Below are positions 56,169 to 64,000 of a stretch of DNA of 64,000 bases, in pieces. Origin of the DNA: Octopus vulgaris (taxonomy: Eukaryota); contig OX597820.1 of the NCBI GenBank assembly GCA_951406725.2, positions 126,294,001 to 126,358,000 of the forward strand, in the 5' to 3' direction. The first letter of the stretch is position 1; every line of letters begins with the position of its first letter. The position numbers were made by a program, and so were the translations under genes. Below the pieces are notes generated by a model. That model was not told the origin of the DNA. It did no database searches and saw nothing but the letters and a program-made list of their open reading frames with translations.

Positions 56169-56895
56169 GTTGCTGCTGCTGTTGTTGCTGTAGTTGAGGT
56201 TACCGTTGCTGCAGTTGTTGCTACTACTGCTTCTGCTGTTGTTGTTTAACCCCCGGTCTTCTTTGCCGAAAAGACCTATGATCAATGATATTCCAGCTAT
56301 GACCATTCCGTCTTTCCTATATTACGTGAACATATTTTCGAAGTTATCCTTCCAATGATAAAACGGTAGAGTATGATACGAGTGAGATTAGATTGTTATT
56401 TCTGTACCACTTAGAGTCACCTTTCTAGAATTCTATTAAAACTAGTTATACACTTTAAAGCGACTTCTTGCGGGCAATGGAAACAAGTTACTTTCGATTC
56501 CAATATGAAGAAAAAGAAGGCTGATCTCAGCCGAAATACTTTCGAACAGAGGTCTTCTCGAACAATGTTGATCTGGGGCAAAACAAAAGCATCAACAACA
56601 GTTTACAATTGAGGGATCGTGGTTCCCACCTAGTTGGGTCTCATTATCCACAACAGGGATTTATAATATTACCATGTCGTCTTTCTCAGCTACCACCGTT
56701 TCTTCTTTCAACCTATTAAGCCAACATTCTTTTTATTTCCATCACTTACCTACAACCTTATTAAAAGGTCATAGGCTGAGTTCACCTTTCATCTGTGTGG
56801 GAGAAGTGGGGTCAATAGTATTAGAAAACTATGTGAAATGACTGGTATCAGCTTAGATGATTTATATCGTACTCCATCATTAGCGCAGACCTGGT

Positions 56896-57610
<715 letters not shown>

Positions 57611-58434
57611 CGCTTTCATATAGAGAAGAGAGAGACAGAGAGATATAAAGATGGAGGGAAAAGGGAGAGAGAAGGATAAAGATGCATATATGTGAATATA
57701 TATATAGGTGTATATATATATATATATGTGTATATATATATATGTATATATATATAGGTGTATATATATATATAGCTATTATCACATTAATGCAGTAATA
57801 GATATGATGGAATTTTCATTTCGCTGATATGAATATCTAAAAGGGATGTTCTTACTTTTATTACATTTTTCTATATCGTTCTACACTCTAACTTTCTCCT
57901 GCCTCTCTTTCATTCGCTGTTCTTATTCTCTATCTCTCTCCCTTTTCATATATACACATGTATGTATGTATATATGTATGTATGTATGTACGTATTTATG
58001 TATGTATATATGTATGTATTCATGTGTTTATGTACGTATGTATGTATGTATGTGCGTATGTATGTATGTATGTATGTATGTATGTATGTATGTATGTATG
58101 TATTTACGTTTACATAATTTTACCCTTTTCTTTTCTCTATATTTACCTCAATCTACCTATCTCTGCTACACATTTCGTTTTCTCTACTTCTCGCTTCTAC
58201 TTCTCTTCTTCTTCATTCTAGCTTTCTCTTTCTTCTTATTTCGTGTCTAAGAAAGCTAACATACATGTTGTTGGGTTGTTTTCTTTTTCCTTTTTCTTTT
58301 TAATTCTCTTTCCATCATATTGCATTACTTACTTTGATATTTATATCTGCTGGGGATGTTCTGTTTTACGCTTTCGTATAATACAATAATGTTCACAACT
58401 AGAAAAGTAATAATAATCCTTTTTACCAAAGGCA

Positions 58435-58913
58435 TTTCTCCTAAAGGCACGCTGCAGCAACCGCATCAGTGGCAATCCTTGAAAGGGACAGTAAGTCAAT
58501 CCTTCTCTCCGTAGATTGAGGTAACTCGCTAGGCAATTGCCATCAACCCCTTAACCGCCTGGGCCAGGGATACGATGAAGACGTCGGATAACCTACAAGG
58601 CGATGGTGTCCTATATCAAAGGTTAATGCGACAATCAAACAATGGTTGGACGTCAACTATCAAGTGAGCTGCTACTGTGAGACCACCCCATTGTCGACCA
58701 TGCTCGTTGCAGTCTTGTGCACCATTTGGTACTTGGCATGGAAGTCCAGTGAGGCAATCCGTTGACGGGATGACGCCAACTGTCTTACTCACTGTCCAGA
58801 GGCGTTTTGCTCAGAGGCAAGAGCTAACTTTGAAGCCGACACGTGAGCCTGCCGGAGATGACTTCTGAACAAAACAGTCAACGTCGACATACGAAGGACA
58901 GCTGACGACGATG
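58435..58913 (+). mobile_element. Probable RTE-dependent non-autonomous element inserted in a family M SINE (58408-59100, minus)
   Basis: Splits the SINE tail with TSD-like accaaaggca / accataggca (58425-34 / 58914-23). 3' end gtcaacgtcgacatacgaaggacagct(gac)n resembles RTE tails. Confidence 0.6.
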
Positions 58914-59110
58914 ACCATAGGCACAAAGCTTAAAATTTGGTGGGAGAGATATAGTAAATTACACCGAGCTAGTGCTCAGCTGGTACTCGACCCACAAATA
59001 ATGAAAGGCAAGGTCGACCTCGGCGGAATTTGAATTCAGAACGTAAAGACTGACGAAATACCGCTAAGCATTTTATCCGGCGTACTGTTGATTCTTCTAC
59101 CTCACGAACT

Positions 59111-59197
<87 letters not shown>

Positions 59198-61767
59198 ATT
59201 TACTGCCTGTCTTTTCTATGATATGTTTTATGGGGTGCAGGTTGTCGTGGTCCAGATTGCTTATATCTGAGCTTTTCCGATTACAAATTCGGCGTCATGT
59301 ATTGGCCTCTTTGCTAGTGCTGTGGCTAAAGTCTTGAATTGTGAACGCATCAGAATTATAGGCCAGAACTTATAGGATATATCCTTCTAGTGCGCCTCCT
59401 CCTTCAACATACCACGCTTTACGGAACTGGGAATTCTCTTGTTATGTTATCAGTTGCAGCTGACACCGGCCAAGATACCGACAAACAAGTCTGGTGTATA
59501 TGTGCAAAGTTCACAGAGAAGACCATTGAAACCAGATGATCTGCGCTTTCTGTTGTTGATATCATCTCTTCGCAGCATTTCGTATCTTTCGCCAAGAGTG
59601 AAGGTGGGCCATCAGAGTAGGCACTGAAGTTTACTCCTTTTCCGTTCCACCTCTCACCCCTAATATGCGAACGAAGTGTCACTGGAAACCGCACACAACT
59701 TCTTGGAATCAAGTAACACGCACCCGATCTGGTCTGTCAAAGTCGAATTGTGAATTTGGTACCAGGTCATGCTACTGTTATCCGGGTTCATCTTGACTCG
59801 CAACTTTCGCGTTCCGCATTCAAGAAATACATGAATGCTATAGTCACCGCCTCGTCCCCAAAGTCCATCCCCTCCTCACCGTGGTGGGGACGCTGGCAAC
59901 GGGTAGTGTCAGAGCTATGCCGTCGGGAACTTCGGTTTCTGGTAGGGCCACACAAGGCGGATTGGTCTGACACCGAGTGGTATTAGGGCCACAACCCGGC
60001 AGACGGGGCTCTGGTGAAAATCCTTGGAGTGTCTGTTTCGGCAACCGGCGGCTCCTCGGTCGTTCTGTCCCTGCGTCTGCGGACAATCTGCGGCAAACAG
60101 GATGTCTCTACATGCGGGATTGTTGGGGACCGCTTGTGAAATCCACATATTCCCACGAAACTTCTTCTGCCTCGAGGGTGGTAGAAGAAGCCGACTCAAC
60201 CTGCCCAGGTTGAATGTCGCCACAAGTAAAGTAAGTAAGTATAGTCACTGCCTGCAAATCAATTGCTATAACTTTGCGATATGTCTCTTCGAATTTACTC
60301 ACTAACTCCTGATTTAATCTTGCATTCTCAATTGTAATTTCTTTGATAAAACTCAATGATTCTACTTTAATCACCCTTTTCCGAATCGAATGCACCAACA
60401 CCGGTTGCGCACTCGACAGCTGACCCTGTCAACTGCCGCTTAACTAAAACTCCGATTTGGCTTATATAAGTTTCGCACGCCAGTAAGGAGACGCGTTCAG
60501 TTTCCAATAATCGAGTCCTTATCTTATCAACACCAGTTTACACCAGATCGTATGAGCGATTGAAATTCTGGGTGTTCTTCATTATCTCCGTCTGCTAGCC
60601 CAGCGCACACTCTATCTAGGTACGAACTGGATGACATAACGCGGTAAATATAGGCAGTCCAAGTAATTGACACAGATTAAGCAGGAATTTGAAGTTTTTG
60701 CGCCCAGCTTCCTATCAGCTAGACCCACAAAATCTGAACGTTTGTCAAAATATTTCGCTCCAGTCATCCACTAGCACTAAAGAGCAAAACGTTCTAAGAA
60801 GACTTCTCGTCGCTTGAAGAATTCCAACCTTCCCCTGTGTGTTTTCGTCATTTGTGTCCTTGTTTATGTTGCTCTGAGAGTACGGAATATATGTTCTGAA
60901 GAGGATGAAGCAGGAGTCGGCAAGATGATCACTATGGATCCCTGGAAGCCTATGTGGCTATCCAAGTCATCAATAAACTGAAACGATTCTGATCTCAAAG
61001 GGTGCTAAATTATCAGCAAACTCTTCCAGGTTCAGCAAATTGAATCCGAAAAAGAATGGTAATTTGAGGTCAACACTCGCTAATTTCCAAATAAATATCA
61101 ATGCAATAACTACTATTCGCCAAACACACATTTCATATTTAATATTCCGACATCAATACAATATGACTGAATATTTATTGTTTTTTATCAATCTTGTAAA
61201 ATGTCTTCACAAAATTTCTTTTGATATATTTCCTATTAAAAATTAGTAATGATGCAAAAGAACGAAGTAATTATTGTTTTTAAATCAAAAAAATGTATTA
61301 TTAATTATACGTGTTTAATTTTCTATCAGAAATTTACATGATAAGAGTATCGATGATTCAACGACGATTTCATGTAGGGGTTAAATTATAGAAGTTTGCC
61401 GGTTTGTTTGAGGTTGTATCTCTCTAATTTAAAAAAAGTAGGAACAACCTTGCTTTGAATATTATGTCACGCTGATTTCTTCCGTGGAATGCTCGGTCAT
61501 TAACACGTTATTCGATATTAACCGAATAATTTCAGTTAACTCAACATGCGAATCAGTTATTTCGGTTAATCAAGCATGTGAATCATCACTGTCGAACGAC
61601 GGAGATCCATCATATCTTAGTGTTCTTTGTCCAAATTTTAATATCTCCCCCTGACGAAGTTGGACCATATGGTTACTATCAAACAATCGCTATGGTTCTG
61701 ACTGAAGTCGTATTTCATTATTGTCTCCCTTTCCGAAGGCTGAGTTGCTGTTCTTATTCACCGTTGC

Positions 61768-62388
61768 CTTCGTACACTATGAGGAGTTGAGGGAGTTGAT
61801 GGCCTTTGCCGAACAGCAGTTGTTGGATGCGGAAAGAGTACGACTCTCGTCCGAGTCCATGATAAAGATTGTTCCAGCTTCCTCTTTCGCCAAAGAAAAG
61901 AAGGTAGCTTTTCTCTGCGTAGTAACCATACTGAAAGATGTGGTATGGAAGACGCGAGCAAAAGGGATTGCGACAGGTCAATTCATCTCCGGACGTGGGC
62001 TGGTGAGTTACTTCGCCGCCCATCTGTCCAGCAATATCCGTCTGGAGAGGAGGAGCCTGCCGCAAAGAGCATTCGGAAAAAGATGGACGACAGTGGTAAG
62101 AAAAATGAGAAAGCACGAGGCTGTGCTTGCACGGTCAGTCAGAGCATAAAAGAAAGGAAAAAGATTACCAAAAGGAGTAACCAACCGGCGGGTAAATTCA
62201 CTAACCCGGAACCCACTTTCCATACAATCATCATTTATATTTATGTTTTTAACCCTCATTCACAATATATGTAAATCCATCCGGTTTTTCACACTGTATG
62301 TAAGAAGTGAGTTTGTACCCTGAATGTCCCTTGTCTGTCCTTGTAATGTCCCCTCTATGTAAAACCTTTAGAGGTTAATAAAGAAATA
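61768..62388 (+). mobile_element. 5'-truncated L1/Tx1-clade LINE insertion
   Basis: Perfect 16-bp TSD tcttattcaccgttgc (61752-67 / 62389-404). Open C-terminal frame to 62149 (KDVVWKTR...HLSSNIRLERR...FGKRW), homologous to 45243-45461. AATAAA at 62377. Confidence 0.88.
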
Positions 62389-62847
62389 TCTTATTCACCG
62401 TTGCTGTTGTTGATGCTAGTGTCTCTTATTCTTGATGTTGCAGTTGTTAATTTTTCCAAGTTCAGTTTCATTATTTCTGCTTCGTTGCTGCTGCTGCTGT
62501 TACTGCTGTTGATGTTGTTGTTGCCGCTGCTGCAGCTGCTGCTATTGTTTTTTGTTGTTGATTTTACTGTTGTCGGCAGTGAAAGGTCACGTTTCATAGA
62601 GCTTCACTGAGGAAAAAATCGTCCCTTTACGATTCATGGTTCTGTCAGCCCCGCCGCCCTTGATTTCTGATTTTGGCACAAAGGCAGCAGTTTTGAGAAA
62701 GAATTGGGCGACATCGATCTCAGTACTTGACTGGAACTTTATTTCTATCTCCTCTGGAAGAAGGCTGAAAGACAAAGGTGACATCGGTGAGATTTGAACA
62801 CGGAAGGGAATGGGCCGCAATTGGAAACTGCAAGGTATTTTGTCCGA

Positions 62848-63320
62848 CAAGAAGAAGAAGAAGAAGAAGAAGAAGAAGAAGAAGAAGAGAAGAAGAAGAA
62901 GAAGAAGAAGAACAACAACAACAACAACAACAAAGAGAAGAAGAAGAACAAGAGCAAGAAGAAGAAGAACAACAACAACAACAAGGAGAAGAAGAACAAG
63001 AGCAAGAAGAAGAAGAACAACAACAACAACAACAAAGAGAAGAAGAAGAACAAGAAGAAGAAGAAGAACAACAACAACAACAAAGAGAAGAAGAACAAGA
63101 GCAAGAAGAACAAGAACAACAACAAAGAGAAGAAGAACAAGAGCAAGAAGAACAAGAACAACAACAAGAAGAAGAAGAAGAAGAACAACAACAACAACAA
63201 CAACAAAGAGAAGAAGAAGAACAAGAGCAAGAAGAACAAGAACAACAACAACAACAAGGACAAGAAAAGGGAGAAGAACAAGAACAAGAAGAAGAAGAAG
63301 ATGAAGAAGAAGAAGAAGAA
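62848..63320. repeat. Compound (GAA)/(CAA) repeat with variable ~40-60-bp units
   Basis: Recurring agag(aag)n-aacaagagc-(aag)n-(aac)n blocks. Confidence 0.93.
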
Positions 63321-63708
63321 TGGGTAAAGAAGGAAAGACGAAAAAAGAACAAAAGCGAGAACTACTACTACTACTACTATTACTACTATAACAACAACAT
63401 TTGCTACTACAATAAATATAAACAACGAGAAATAAAGAAAAGAAAGAAATGAAAAAGAAGAAGAAAATTGGCGATGTAACTATCATCAGAACAAATAAAC
63501 AACTTCGTATTTCTCGAATTGCATCGGAATTCTGGAGAAACTAATATATCACCTGCTTTCCGATGATTGCTTCGTAGAATTCTACACTTTGGATCTAGAC
63601 ATGAACTGCAACGCTATTCCTCTGTAGACCAGAAGATTCTCACTCCACCCACGACCATCCACCCACTCTCACTCATGCTCTCTATTCGATTCATCCTACA
63701 GAAGTTCT

Positions 63709-63910
63709 GTGTGAAGCCTGTACGTTTTAGAACATATATTGACGTGTGCAGCGAGTGTGTGTGTGCGTGTGTATAGGTGTGTGTGTGTGTGTATGTGTGC
63801 GTGTGTGTGTGTGTGCGTGTGTGTGTGTGCGTGTTTGTGTGTGTGTGTGTATGTGAAGCGTGTATGTTTTAGAACATATATTGACGTGTGCAGCGAGTGT
63901 GTGTGTGCGT

Positions 63911-63920
<10 letters not shown>
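63709..63920. repeat. 142-bp-period tandem duplication within a (TG)n region
   Basis: gttttagaacatatattgacgtgtgcagcgag at 63724 and 63866. Confidence 0.9.
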
Positions 63921-63949
<29 letters not shown>

Positions 63950-64000
63950 TGTGTGTGAACGTGTGTATGTGTGTGTGTGTGTGTGTGTGTGAATGTCTAC

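Noticed and set aside
60897-61690. CTGAAGA (60897) and CTGACGA (61651) as hammerhead cores
   Set aside because: No correctly placed GAAA with helices I and III.

Overview
AT-rich, extremely microsatellite-dense eukaryotic DNA. The SINE repertoire and (TA)/(TG)/(GATA)/(ATT) load suggest a cephalopod, probably Octopus; this is an inference. I find no intact host protein-coding gene, no rRNA or true tRNA gene, and no CRISPR or other prokaryotic system. Almost every long ORF in the track is a translated microsatellite. The window is mostly transposon remains. DNA transposons: a near-complete decayed hAT (Buster/Charlie, GTF2IRD2-like), a DD37D/maT mariner, a Chapaev3 3' end, hAT MITEs and HINE/DINE-1-like elements. 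Retroelements: two Tx1/L1 fragments (one with a perfect 16-bp TSD), RTE 3' ends and RTE-UTR-derived non-autonomous elements, a decayed Penelope-like RT, and more than 30 tRNA-derived SINE copies. Points most worth follow-up: (1) Penelope-type minimal hammerhead ribozyme motifs, one nearly intact at 36160-36204; (2) SINE heads and tails combined in different pairings, with one tail shared by three heads; (3) a CACCC/CCAAT/TATA promoter plus non-coding first exon on the minus strand at about 26.7-27.4 kb; (4) a ~400-bp foldback; (5) a 324-bp higher-order repeat inside an ATT/ATC array; (6) an unexplained 1.9-kb CpG-rich block at 59.2-61.1 kb. All calls were read by eye, so boundaries are approximate unless a TSD or TIR is given.
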